From: Chloroflexia bacterium
GTDB lineage: Bacteria; Chloroflexota; Chloroflexia; QHBQ01; JADMIH01
DNA: 38,001 nt
NCBI GenBank assembly: GCA_038324555.1
Contig: JBBQIC010000003.1
Span: 1 to 38,001, forward strand
Reading direction: 5' to 3'
Position 1 is the first letter of the stretch, and each line of letters opens with the position of its first letter. Positions 1-9,689 of the stretch are shown here, one piece after another. Made by a program: the position numbers and the translations under genes. The notes under the pieces are model-generated. The model worked only from the letters and a program-made list of their open reading frames with translations. It had not been told where the DNA came from and made no database searches.

Positions 1-121
1 GGGGGGGGTGGGGTGTGGGTCTGTGTCGCGTGCGGCTCGTGGTGTGTGTGGTGGGTGGTGGTGGGCGGGGTTTGGGGGTGTTGTTGGCGGAGCCACCCCC
101 CCCCCCCCCCCCCCCCCCCCC

Positions 122-1674
122 GACTCCCAATCCAAAATCATATTGACTCTCTTGTTGACAAGAGCCTTCTTCGACAAGAAGAACAGGGAGACGGACTCAG
201 GTTCAAGATGCTGGAGACGATACGGGAGTATGGGCTTGAGAGGTTGGTGGAGAGTGGCGAAACTGAGAGTGTATTCAGGCTCTTTGCCGATTTCTTTTTG
301 GACCTGGCCGAGCGGGCGGACGCACAAATGCGTGGGCCATACGAAGCCGAGTGGTTGGACAAGCTGGAATCGGAGTACGACAACCTTCGCGCCGCGTTGC
401 GCTGGGCAAGTACGTCTTCCAGTGCAGTGAAGGAAGCGTCCACCGAGGTGAGCGGGGATCGGGGATCGGGGATCAGGGATCAGGGATCAGGGGTCGGGGG
501 TCGGGATTTAGAAACTGATCCCCGATCCCTGATCCCTGATCCCTCATTCGAAACGGCCTTGCGAATGGCCGCCGCCCTGGGGTGGTTCTGGTTCCGACGT
601 GGCTATCTTAGCGAAGGGCGAGGGCGTCTAGTAGAGATATTGTCGCGCACGAAACCGTTCGGGGTCGAACAATCTGAAGTGAGGGCGAAAGCTCTCATCG
701 CCGCAGCCAGGCTCGCCGACCACCAGGGCGACAACGCGATGGCCCGCTCTCTTTACGAGGATGGCCTGGCTGCGTTCCAGGCGCTCGATGTCGCCGAGGG
801 AGTGGGGCACGCGCTGTGTGGCCTGGGCTTCACCACCTTCCGCGAGGGCAACGGCAACCAGGCGCGAATCCTGTACGAGCAGGGCCTGGAAACGTTCCGA
901 AAGCATGTGCCTGGACGCGAGCGAACGCTGGGCATGGCTATTGCCCTCCGGGGCCTGGGAGACGTTGCCTTGCGGGAGGGAGATTATATGTCAGCCCAGT
1001 CTCTCTATTCGGAAAGCCTGGCGCTATTCCAGGAGATAGACGACAAATACAGCGTCGCTACCTTGCTCAACGGCCTGGGCAACGTCGCCCTCGACACGGG
1101 AGATTATGCTTCGGCCCGCGCCCTTTACGAGGAAGCGTTGGCTATACTCCAGGAGATGCGGTACAACTTTGGCGTCGCCATATCGCTCCTCAGCCTGGGG
1201 GAAGTAGCCCGATGTCAGGGCGATTATCAGGCGGCCTGCACGCTCCACGAGCGCAGCCTGGAAATATGGAGGGAGTTGGGGGACAAGTGGAACACGGCGA
1301 TGGCGATGCACAACCTGGGCCATGCCGTACATCACCAGGGCGATTTCAAGCGAGCAAGTGCGCTCTTCGCGGAGAGCTTGATGCTGTTCCTGGACGTGAG
1401 CGCGAAAGCGGGTATCCCGATGTGCCTGGCAGGGCTGGCGGGGGTCGCAGGATCCATCCAACAGGCCGAACGCTCGACCAGGCTTTTTGGCGCGACGGAA
1501 GCGTTACTCGAGGCTGCGGGCGCGCCGTTGCAAGGGGCGGACCTGGCCGACTACGAACTCAACATCACCGCCACCCGCAACATGCTCGATGAAGCGGCGT
1601 TCGCGGCGGCCTGGTCGGACGGGCATGGCATGACGGTTGAACAGGCCGTTAGTTATGCACTCGAGGAAGGCTAG
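122..1674 (+). CDS. 5'-truncated STAND ATPase (winged-helix end) plus TPR-repeat protein, paralog of 2494-5475
   Basis: SLVDKSLL...[12 protein letters not shown] and NLRAAL motifs are followed by ~40-aa TPR repeats and an AVSYAL C-terminus. The first ~120 nt of the window are low-complexity and unreliable. Confidence 0.85.
454..544. repeat. GGGATC(A/G) heptamer tandem array with inverted copy, in-frame inside the CDS
   Basis: ggggatc/agggatc repeats, a short spacer, then tgatccc repeats; translated as [29 protein letters not shown]. Confidence 0.9.
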
Positions 1675-1725
1675 GTTTATCCTTGAAACTCGGCCCTGTT
1701 ACTCTTGATATTACCCTGTTCACAA

Positions 1726-1851
1726 GTAAGAGTTCAGAGTTAGGATACTCCGTAGGGGCGAACCTTGTGTTCGCCCTCTTGACTAAGCGTTTTGCAGTTT
1801 GGGCTAAAAAATGTTTCGACCCTACGGTTAATCCTAACTCTGAACTCTTAC
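1726..1851. mobile_element. MITE carrying a GTAG-type REP hairpin
   Basis: Perfect inverted ends GTAAGAGTTCAGAGTTAGGAT / ATCCTAACTCTGAACTCTTAC; flanks gttcacaa / tttcacaa (7 of 8 match); same family as 31561-31684. Confidence 0.8.
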
Positions 1852-1884
1852 TTTCACAAATAGCGTATTATAAGTGACGGCAAG

Positions 1885-1893
1885 TGTTATAAT
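1885..1893 (+). promoter_or_regulatory. extended -10 promoter (TGnTATAAT)
   Basis: TGTTATAAT 47 nt upstream of the Uma2 ATG; AGGAGG RBS at 1928-1933. Confidence 0.55.
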
Positions 1894-1940
1894 AGCTGTG
1901 CCTAGATATTGAATTGTTCTGCGCATCAGGAGGTCATCCC

Positions 1941-2462
1941 ATGCCAACTACAAATATCCCAGATTTGGATCAACTCATCAATGACGGCGTCATCCGGCTG
2001 GAAATCACCGGAGGCGTGCCGACTTGGGAAGCCTTTCCGGGGGTGCTCCACCAGGAAACAATAGACCTTATTCGCGCTTCAATCAAGCCAATAGAAGATA
2101 GCGCAACTGGGTGCGCCTGCGTCCATTTCTCAGACATACTAATTCGCTTCAAAGACGGTTCCCTAAAACGCCCCGACATCGCTATCTTCTGTACGAAACC
2201 ACCCAGGCAGGACGAGGCGCTGACAGTAATACCCGACGCTGTTATCGAAATTATCAGCCCCGGTTACGAATATAAAGACCTGTCACTCAACCCGCAATTC
2301 TATCTCGCCCAGGGCGTCAGCGACGTGGTTATTGTTGATCCTCGTTCCGATTTCATAACACACTATCGCACGACCTCTGCCGTAAACCATCGTGCTCCCA
2401 TAGCAATCGAGTTACAGTGCGGCTGCCAATTCGCAGTGCCCCAGCTTGGGGAGATAGGCTGA
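1941..2462 (+). CDS. Uma2 (DUF820) family PD-(D/E)xK endonuclease-like protein
   Basis: LEITGG, P-x2-[20 protein letters not shown]-x2-QGV, IVDP motifs; ATG follows AGGAGG. Confidence 0.85.
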   Translation: MPTTNIPDLDQLINDGVIRLEITGGVPTWEAFPGVLHQETIDLIRASIKPIEDSATGCACVHFSDILIRFKDGSLKRPDIAIFCTKPPRQDEALTVIPDAVIEIISPGYEYKDLSLNPQFYLAQGVSDVVIVDPRSDFITHYRTTSAVNHRAPIAIELQCGCQFAVPQLGEIG

Positions 2463-2493
2463 CCGGACGGCGCGTAATTTGATAACTAAAACC

Positions 2494-5475
2494 ATGTCTG
2501 ATCTACCAGTTGGCACGGTCACCTTTCTATTTACTGATATAGAGGGGAGCACCACTCTGTGGGAGTTGCACCCCGAGGAGGCGCGCGCTGCCCTGGTCCG
2601 CCATGACGCGCTCATCGAAGACATGGTTAGCCAGCATGACGGTTTTGTGGTGCGACCACGCGGAGAGGGCGATAGCCGCTTTGCCGTTTTCGCCCGCGCC
2701 ACAGACGCCGCGAACGCGACCGTCGCCCTGCAAAAAGCCTTGTATGCCGAACAGTGGCCCACGCCCACTCCTATCAAAGTACGGATAGCTCTGCACACGG
2801 GAGAGGCAGACTTGCGCGGGGGGGACTACTATGGCAGCGCGGTCAACCGTTGCGCTCGGCTGCGCGCTGCTGCTCATGGCGGCCAATCCCTCATCTCCCA
2901 CGCTACCTACGACCTGGTGCGCGACGCCCTACCTTCGGGCGCGGAGATCCGAGACCTGGGCGAGCACCGTCTCAAGGACTTGCAACGACCGGAACACGTT
3001 TTCCAACTGTTGACCTCCGGCCTGCCTTCCAGTTTCCCACCTCTGAAGACGCTGGATAACCGCCCCAACAACTTACCTATGCAGCGCAGTTCTCTCATCG
3101 GTAGAGAGAAGGAGTTGGCTGCCGTCCAGGCGTTACTGCTGCGCAAAGATGTTGGACTGCTCACACTTACGGGGCCGGGCGGCGTCGGCAAGACACGCTT
3201 GTGCCTGCAAGTCGCCGCTGAAGTGATTGAGCACTTCGAGGACGGAGTGTTCTTCGTCGCCCTCACCCCGGTCAGCGATCCCGACCTGGTTGTACCCACA
3301 ATCGCACAAACCCTGGGGGTCAAGGAAACAGGAAATCAACCCTTACTTGGCACTCTCAAACAGCACTTACAAGACAAGCAAATGCTCCTGGCGCTTGATA
3401 ATTTCGAGCGAGTGCTGGAAGCTGCGCCTTCTATTTCCGAGCTTGTGGGGGTGGCGCCGCGCGTGAAGATACTGGTCACGAGCAGGGAAGCCTTGCATCT
3501 TTATAGTGAACATAGGTTTCCCGTCCCGCCGATGGCTCTCCCCGATAGCAAACACCTGCCAACGCTGGAAGCCATGTCCCAGTATGAAGCAGTACGACTG
3601 TTTATCGAGCGCGCCCAGTCCGTCAAACCCGACTTCATGGTCACAAACGACAATGCCCCTGCCGTTGCCGAAATATGCCATCGCCTGGACGGATTGCCCC
3701 TGGCGATAGAACTGGCCGCTGCTCGCATTACGATCCTCGCGCCGCAGGCGATGCTTGTGCGTTTGCAGAGCAGACTCAAGCTGCTTACGGGCGGCGCGCG
3801 CGATGTCCCGGCCCGTCAACAGACCCTCCGAGGCACATTCGAGTGGAGCCACGACATGCTCGACCCGGCAGAACAGGTCCTCTTCCGTAGGCTAGCGATC
3901 TTCGTGGGCAGTTTCTCGCTGGAGGCTGCGGAAGAGGTATGCAATCTAGGGATCGGGGATCAGGGATCAGGGATCAGGGGTAGAGAACTGATCCCTGATC
4001 CCCGACCCCCGATCCCTTTAGACATTGACATCCTGGACAGGGTAATGTCGCTGGCGGGCAAGAGCTTGCTGCGCGAGATAGAGGGAAATAGTGGGGAGAC
4101 CCGTTTCGGTATGTTGGAGACCATCCGAGAGTATGCACTTGAGATGCTGTCGGAAAGCGGAGAGGTCGAGGAACTGCGCAAGCAGCATATGGTCTTCTTC
4201 CTGAGGCTGCTGAAGATAAATGAAGACCTGCTGTTCGCTATTAACCTACCGGCGGTGCAACAATTCATTACGGAGTTCGACAACATACGCGCCGCAGTGG
4301 ACTTGCCGTTCGAGCAACGCGATCTCGGAAGAATAGCCGACTTAGCTTTCTCTTTGTATGGATTCTGGGATATTGGGGGTTATTTTAGCGAAGGCCGGGC
4401 AAAAATCGAAAGCGTACTGGCTACCCTACAAGGGAGCGGGGAGGGGAGTGGGGGCGCACAAACAGCCAGTGAGCAAATACGCGCCGGGTTGCTCTACCTG
4501 GCCGGGGCAATGGCCTTTTTGCAGGGTGATTATCCAGTCACTCGTTCTCGGCTGGAGGAAAGCGTGGCGATTTTGCGGCAGCATGGGGATCATGTCAACC
4601 TGGCCGGAGCACTGCATATCTTAGGAATGTCCGTCCATTTCCAAAATGACTACACGGTTGCCCGTTCACTGCTAGAGGAAAGTGTGGAGTTATTTCGTAG
4701 GATAGGGGTTAAGGGTGGTCTCGCCATAGCCCTTTTCTCTCTTGGAGACGTTGACCTTGCATTGGGCGATGATGCAGAAGCGCGAGCCAGGTATGAAGAA
4801 AGCCTGGCAACCTATCGGCAACTAGGTAATACTGGGGGCGATACTTTTCCGCTGACCAGCCTGGGCCGACTAGCCTGGCTGCAAGGCGATTATCCTACTG
4901 CGCGATCCCTCGTCGAAGAGAGCCTGGAGATAAGGCGTGCCATTGGAGGCTCACTGGGGGGCATCAACTGGGTGACTGCCATCTCGTTGGACAGCCTGAG
5001 CGATATAGCGCGATGTCAGGGCAACTACGCAGAGGCGGCGTCTCTCGCTAAGGAGGCTCTGCATATATACAGAGAGCTAGGTGACACCGGCGGCATAGCA
5101 TGGTCGCTTTCCAACCTGGCCTACGTCGCACGTTACGAAGAGGACTACGACCGAGCGGCGCAACTTTTCAAAGAGGCGCTGTCCTTGAGAAACGAGCAGG
5201 GCAGCAAAGGGGATATAGCTCTCTGCCTGGCGGGGGTGGCAGGAGTGAGCGGGTTGCAAGGGCAGCCGGAGAGGGCAGCGCGTCTTTATGGGGCTGCGGA
5301 AACTCTGTTCGAGTCAGTAGGCGTTCGCATGTCCCCTTATGACCGCGCCGACTACAATCAGAATCGTACCGCTGTGTGTTCTCAACTGGGCGACGACAAG
5401 TTCAAGGCCGAGCGGGAGGCGGGTCGAGCCATGAGTACGGATCAGGCTATCGCTTACGCTCTGAAGGAGGCTTAG
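2494..5475 (+). CDS. class III adenylate/guanylate cyclase - STAND (NB-ARC-like) ATPase - TPR protein
   Basis: [14 protein letters not shown] and [12 protein letters not shown] cyclase motifs; Walker A GPGGVGKT; LDNFE; [10 protein letters not shown]; C-terminal TPRs. Confidence 0.92.
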   Translation: MSDLPVGTVTFLFTDIEGSTTLWELHPEEARAALVRHDALIEDMVSQHDGFVVRPRGEGDSRFAVFARATDAANATVALQKALYAEQWPTPTPIKVRIALHTGEADLRGGDYYGSAVNRCARLRAAAHGGQSLISHATYDLVRDALPSGAEIRDLGEHRLKDLQRPEHVFQLLTSGLPSSFPPLKTLDNRPNNLPMQRSSLIGREKELAAVQALLLRKDVGLLTLTGPGGVGKTRLCLQVAAEVIEHFEDGVFFVALTPVSDPDLVVPTIAQTLGVKETGNQPLLGTLKQHLQDKQMLLALDNFERVLEAAPSISELVGVAPRVKILVTSREALHLYSEHRFPVPPMALPDSKHLPTLEAMSQYEAVRLFIERAQSVKPDFMVTNDNAPAVAEICHRLDGLPLAIELAAARITILAPQAMLVRLQSRLKLLTGGARDVPARQQTLRGTFEWSHDMLDPAEQVLFRRLAIFVGSFSLEAAEEVCNLGIGDQGSGIRGRELIPDPRPPIPLDIDILDRVMSLAGKSLLREIEGNSGETRFGMLETIREYALEMLSESGEVEELRKQHMVFFLRLLKINEDLLFAINLPAVQQFITEFDNIRAAVDLPFEQRDLGRIADLAFSLYGFWDIGGYFSEGRAKIESVLATLQGSGEGSGGAQTASEQIRAGLLYLAGAMAFLQGDYPVTRSRLEESVAILRQHGDHVNLAGALHILGMSVHFQNDYTVARSLLEESVELFRRIGVKGGLAIALFSLGDVDLALGDDAEARARYEESLATYRQLGNTGGDTFPLTSLGRLAWLQGDYPTARSLVEESLEIRRAIGGSLGGINWVTAISLDSLSDIARCQGNYAEAASLAKEALHIYRELGDTGGIAWSLSNLAYVARYEEDYDRAAQLFKEALSLRNEQGSKGDIALCLAGVAGVSGLQGQPERAARLYGAAETLFESVGVRMSPYDRADYNQNRTAVCSQLGDDKFKAEREAGRAMSTDQAIAYALKEA
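3948..4017. repeat. GGGATCA heptamer palindrome, in-frame inside the CDS
   Basis: Same family as 454-544; translated as [23 protein letters not shown]. Confidence 0.9.
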
Positions 5476-5487
5476 AAGGAGTCAATC

Positions 5488-6009
5488 ATGGCGATCACCA
5501 AAATCTCAGACCTGGACCAATTGCTCCGCGAAGGAGCGGTCCGCCTTGAGATTACGGCAGGCGTCCCAACCTGGGAGGCTTTTCCTGGGTCGCGCCACCA
5601 GCGCATGATAGACCGTATCAGGGCGTCCATCGAACCTATAGCCGAGAGCGAGAATGGATACGGTTGCTCGCACCTTTCCGATGTGCTGATTCGTTTCCAG
5701 GATGGTTCGCTCAAACGCCCCGATATAGCCATCTTTTGCACGAAACCACCCAGGCAGGACGAAGCGCTAACGATAATACCCGACGCCGTTATCGAAGTTG
5801 TCAGCCCCGGTTACGAATATAAGGATCTGTCACTCAACCCCCAATTCTACCTTGCCCAGGGTGTCAGTGACGTGGTTATCGTTGATCCCCGTTCCGACTT
5901 CATAACGCATTACCGCACGACCTCTGCCGTAAATCACCGCGCCCCTACAACCCTTGAGTTACAATGCGGGTGCCAATGCACAGTGCCGCAGCTTGGGGAT
6001 ATAAGCTGA
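5488..6009 (+). CDS. Uma2 (DUF820) family endonuclease-like protein, close paralog of 1941-2462
   Basis: Same motifs; 3' half nearly identical to the first copy; AAGGAG RBS. Confidence 0.85.
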   Translation: MAITKISDLDQLLREGAVRLEITAGVPTWEAFPGSRHQRMIDRIRASIEPIAESENGYGCSHLSDVLIRFQDGSLKRPDIAIFCTKPPRQDEALTIIPDAVIEVVSPGYEYKDLSLNPQFYLAQGVSDVVIVDPRSDFITHYRTTSAVNHRAPTTLELQCGCQCTVPQLGDIS

Positions 6010-6038
6010 CCGAACAGGCAGACAAAAAGAATCACAAA

Positions 6039-6068
6039 TTGCCCTCGAAGTCAAAGTCCTGATATAAT
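6039..6068 (+). promoter_or_regulatory. sigma70-type promoter
   Basis: TTGCCC-18 nt-TATAAT with extended TG. Confidence 0.55.
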
Positions 6069-6104
6069 AACCCCGCTTATCTAATCAACCCAGGAGAAAC
6101 TCAG

Positions 6105-6929
6105 ATGAACGATGCTACAGGGCGATACCCTGAACCTAAACGGCTTGATTGGGCGCTGGTGCTTGGCTCTTCTTCGGGCTTTGGCGCGGCCACCTCTGTA
6201 AAGCTGGCCGAGGAGGCGGGTCTGAATATATGCGGGGTACACTTACGCCGCCCTACCGACCAGGACGCTTTCGAGAGCACCAAAGCCCGCATAGAAGCCG
6301 CAGGGCGCAAATACTTGCCGTTCAACATGAACGCCGCCAACCCGGACCGCCGCCGAGAGGCCCTCGACAAGATGGCCGAGGCTATGGACGGCTCTGGCTT
6401 CCGCGTGCTGCTCCACTCGCTGGCCTTCGGCACACTCAAACCCTATATAGCAGATAAAGCCGAAGACGCTATCACCGAGGAGAACATGGACATGACTCTG
6501 CGCGTGATGGCGCACTCCCTCGTCTACTGGGTGCAGGACTCGCTGGCGCGTAACCTTTTGGGCCGGGGCAGCCGCATCTTCGCTATGACTTCGGCAGGCT
6601 CGCAGCGCATAGTGCCTAACTATGGAGCGGTGTCGGCGGCCAAAGCCGCGCTGGAGTCGCACATCCGCCAGCTTACCTACGAATTAGCCCCTCGCGGCGT
6701 CACAGCCAACGCCATACGCGCAGGCGTGACCGACACCCCAGCGCTGCGCCGCATACCTGGCAACGAACTGCTCATAGAGGGCGCGCTTGCCCGCAATCCA
6801 CATGGCCGCCTCACCACGCCGGAGGACGTAGCCCAATTCATCGCCATCCTCGCCAAACCCGGCCCCGCCGCCGATTGGCTCACGGGTAACGTGCTGGGCG
6901 TTGATGGTGGAGAAGATATTGTTGGGTAG
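6105..6929 (+). CDS. fabL: SDR oxidoreductase, FabL-like enoyl-ACP reductase
   Basis: LGSSSGFG Rossmann motif, Y-x6-K (YGAVSAAK), TDTPAL, NPHGRLTTPEDVA, VDGG. Confidence 0.7.
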   Translation: MNDATGRYPEPKRLDWALVLGSSSGFGAATSVKLAEEAGLNICGVHLRRPTDQDAFESTKARIEAAGRKYLPFNMNAANPDRRREALDKMAEAMDGSGFRVLLHSLAFGTLKPYIADKAEDAITEENMDMTLRVMAHSLVYWVQDSLARNLLGRGSRIFAMTSAGSQRIVPNYGAVSAAKAALESHIRQLTYELAPRGVTANAIRAGVTDTPALRRIPGNELLIEGALARNPHGRLTTPEDVAQFIAILAKPGPAADWLTGNVLGVDGGEDIVG

Positions 6930-6986
6930 CCCTGCCCGGCGGCTAATGAAGATTTACAAAATAATCATCACATAGAATTGGCTGCT

Positions 6987-7062
6987 GTAGGGGCGAACCT
7001 TGTGTTCGCCCTCTCTACATACCGCTTCGTCAAGAGGGCGAACACAAGGTTCGCCCCTACAC
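6987..7062. repeat. REPIN-like doublet of inverted GTAG REP hairpins
   Basis: GTAGGGGCGAACCTTGTGTTCGCCCTCT...AGAGGGCGAACACAAGGTTCGCCCCTAC; near-identical to the core of 31587-31660. Confidence 0.85.
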
Positions 7063-7107
7063 AGCTATCTCCTCTACCCCTATTCTTCTGAAAATAGGGT
7101 GCTCCCG

Positions 7108-7134
7108 TAGGGGCGCACGGCCGTGCGCCCCTAC
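7108..7134. repeat. GTAG REP palindrome
   Basis: GTAGGGGCGCACGGCCGTGCGCCCCTAC, identical to the copy at 37259-37286. Confidence 0.85.
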
Positions 7135-7208
7135 CCCCACATTTTCATTCCCGGTTGGTGGCCCGACAGGTCATGGATTAGTCTGAACATTAACATTCAA
7201 AACTACCG

Positions 7209-7237
7209 TTGACAGTGGTCTCGCAATCGGATACACT
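7209..7237 (+). promoter_or_regulatory. sigma70-type promoter for the tlpA-rhodanese pair
   Basis: TTGACA-17 nt-TACACT. Confidence 0.65.
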
Positions 7238-7329
7238 AGGAGTACGCGACAGCCCATGTCGCTGGATTCGCCTATCTCACATATATAAGCATAATAAACG
7301 CGGCTATTTAGCTTCCGGGGTATAAGATA

Positions 7330-8139
7330 ATGAGCAAAGCAGCATACAATAACCTTAAAGTCGTCCCTGGTGTTCCAAAAGACGAGGAAATTGAGGCATA
7401 TAGTGACGAAGCGGACGACCCATACGGGTATCTGTACGAAGACGAGCAAGCGGTAGAGAGGGTAGGGCTTTTCAGCACTCCTGCTCGCGCTATCACCCTC
7501 GGCTTTTCGATACTCCTGCTCCTCGGCGTGGTCGTCATGGCAGCATGGCTCCTCGGTCAGGCTGGTAAGAAGCCCGACACCGTCCCCGCGCTTGGCGGGA
7601 ATAATGGCGAGCAAGCGTACCATGCGACCTCCGCAGGCAGCTTGAAAGCAGTGCCCGACATCAACAACGCAAACGCCTCCTACACCAGCAAGCCTGCCGG
7701 CCTGTCGGAAGCCCCAAAGGTGGGTTCGCTTCCGCCTAACTTCCAATGGGCCGACCAGAAGACCGGCCAACCCGTCACCCTCGAGTCGTTGCGAGGCAAG
7801 CCCGTGCTCCTCAACTTCTGGGGTACGTGGTGCCCGCCGTGCCGCGCCGAGATGCCTGAAATGCAGAAGATATACGACCACGAGAAGGGCAATCTGACGT
7901 TCCTTGGCGTCTCAATGGGGCCGCGTGACGAGCCTCTGGGCGTCGCTCAGTTCGTCCAATTGGGGAATTATACCTGGGACTTCATTCACGATCCAAATAG
8001 CGACGTAATGACCCGCTATCAGGTTACAGGTATCCCAAGTTCGTACTTTATTGATAAAAGCGGCGTTATTCGCGCTATCCATGTTGGAGGCGCAGACGCT
8101 CAGATCATCGAAGACAATCTGAAAAAGGCCCAGCAATAG
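7330..8139 (+). CDS. membrane-anchored TlpA/ResA-family thiol-disulfide oxidoreductase
   Basis: Single TM helix; LRGKPVLLNFWGTWCPPCRAEMP; GIPSSYFID (cis-Pro loop). Confidence 0.92.
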   Translation: MSKAAYNNLKVVPGVPKDEEIEAYSDEADDPYGYLYEDEQAVERVGLFSTPARAITLGFSILLLLGVVVMAAWLLGQAGKKPDTVPALGGNNGEQAYHATSAGSLKAVPDINNANASYTSKPAGLSEAPKVGSLPPNFQWADQKTGQPVTLESLRGKPVLLNFWGTWCPPCRAEMPEMQKIYDHEKGNLTFLGVSMGPRDEPLGVAQFVQLGNYTWDFIHDPNSDVMTRYQVTGIPSSYFIDKSGVIRAIHVGGADAQIIEDNLKKAQQ

Positions 8140-8241
8140 GTTACTAACCAACCCGGCAGAGCGGCTACTGCCAGCCCATATGGCGACATCGCCAGCTAAT
8201 CTACATACATCCACCCAGACTGAGGAGGAAGCAATAATTTA

Positions 8242-9054
8242 ATGAGTCAACCCCCAAGAACCAGACCACCAGCTCGCCGTGTAGCTGGCGGCTCCCAACC
8301 ACCGCCACCGGCTCGCCGATCCAGCGCCCCGGCCCGGCGCGACCCGTTCCCATACATACTCGGCGGGATACTGACGGTCGTACTCGTTGGTATCGTTTTC
8401 GTAGTAGTATTTCTTCTAAGCCAAAACACTAATCCCAACGGCGTTGCCCAGGTGCCGCCGGTCGCAACAGGCACGAGCATTGGTGATCCTCCTGTCAAAC
8501 CAGGTGTAACCACGATTGATCCCAACGTGACGGCAGGACCGACCTCTGAGCCGCCCCCGCGTATGCCCCTGGCGGAGTTCAAAGCCCTGTACGATGATCC
8601 TGCGAAGCGCCCGCTCATCATAGACGTGCGCGCCAAGGAAGCCTTCGACGCGGGCCACATCAAGGGATCTCAGTCCTGGCCCGAAGCGGATATAGATGCT
8701 ACAAACGTAAAGCTGCCAAAAGACAAGCTCATCGTAGCCTACTGCCAATGACCGGCTGAGAATGAAAGCGCCCGTGTGGCGCAAAAGCTTCACGACACCT
8801 ACAAATTCAGCTACGACAAATTGAAGGTACTTCTCGGCGGTTGGAACACCTGGAAGCAGGAGAACGCCAAAGATGCGGCGGCATACCCGATAGAGATCAC
8901 CGCAGGATCGACCACTCCGGGAGCCAGCACTCCGGCCACCAAGGGTGGTGTACCTGCCACAATAGAGTTGCAGGCCGCCCCGGCCAATACAGTAGCGCCA
9001 AACGGCGCTGCTCCCCCGCCGGGCCTTGTGCCCATACCGGGTAAGACGCCGTAA
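8242..9054 (+). CDS. membrane-anchored rhodanese-domain protein with in-frame TGA (8749-8751), probable selenoprotein of 270 aa
   Basis: ORFs 8242-8751 and 8776-9054 share a frame. Read-through gives IIDVR..F..GHIKGS..IVAYCQ-U-PAENESARVA..LLGGWNTW, a complete rhodanese domain. Confidence 0.85.
8752..8792 (+). promoter_or_regulatory. putative bacterial SECIS element
   Basis: Stem GCGCC (8768-8772) / GGCGC (8778-8782) with loop CGTGT starting 21 nt after the UGA, G at loop position 2; TGAA/TTCA can extend the lower stem. Confidence 0.55.
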
Positions 9055-9075
9055 TAAACAGATCAGAAAGCCAAC

Positions 9076-9114
9076 AACAAAAAATCTGCCCCATGTGCGG
9101 GCAGATTTTTTGTT
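9076..9114 (+). terminator. intrinsic terminator
   Basis: AAAAAATCTGCCC-loop-GGGCAGATTTTTT. Confidence 0.8.
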
Positions 9115-9231
9115 CCAATCTTAATCGTTGCTGGCAAGTACACGGAGCAGTCCCCCAAGCCTACGAACTACCCTCTACCGCAGTACGCCTATGGGCAGGC
9201 ACGGAGACCTGCCCATAGGCGCGAACTTAAG

Positions 9232-9402
9232 GGCAAACAAACCCTCTGACCCTTGTCATTCTGAACGGAGTGAAGAATCTCGTCGTGCTCCAGGATGCTT
9301 GGGATACGATAAATCAGGCATCTACGCGAGGGACGAGATTCTTCACTCCGTTCAGAATGACAAGGGTGAGTGCAATGACACGGGTCAGAGGGTTTGTTTG
9401 CC
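9232..9402. repeat. nested palindromic element (TGTCATTCTGA...GAAGAATC family)
   Basis: TGTCATTCTGAACGGAGTGAAGAATCT and its reverse complement inside outer GGCAAACAAACCCTCTGACCC arms; related to 32224-32374. Confidence 0.8.
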
Positions 9403-9477
9403 ATGCAGACCCCTTAAGTTTGCCCCTACGACTTTTCCTCTACTCCAAGTCTGAACACTTAACCCAATTACGCCGGG

Positions 9478-9506
9478 TTGCACAAACGCAAGTGATTTGC
9501 TATAAT
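9478..9506 (+). promoter_or_regulatory. tRNA promoter
   Basis: TTGCAC-17 nt-TATAAT. Confidence 0.75.
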
Positions 9507-9522
9507 TTGCTCTGCATGTTGA

Positions 9523-9599
<77 letters not shown>

Positions 9600-9617
9600 C
9601 AATTTACGCACGAAAAT

Positions 9618-9652
9618 GGCCCGGATGTTGTATTGTCCGGGCCTTTTCTTTT
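9618..9652 (+). terminator. intrinsic terminator after the tRNA
   Basis: GGCCCGGA...TCCGGGCC followed by TTTTCTTT. Confidence 0.7.
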
Positions 9653-9689
9653 AACTCTGTAGTCAATTATTTACCCAACCACACTTGCC

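Noticed and set aside
1-121. G/T-rich stretch and a long poly-C run giving poly-Pro and Trp/Val-rich ORF starts
   Set aside because: Most likely a low-quality contig end. It falls where the paralog has a GC-rich palindromic insert, so it may be a corrupted read of a similar hairpin.
1757-1774. GAAC...GTTC inside the REP hairpins as LexA boxes
   Set aside because: The spacing is N5 (GAAC-CTTGT-GTTC), not N4, and it belongs to a dispersed REP.
8242-9054. Rhodanese as a nonsense pseudogene or as two separate genes
   Set aside because: The only stop is a TGA at a Cys-equivalent active-site position with a downstream hairpin and no other decay, so selenocysteine is the better explanation.
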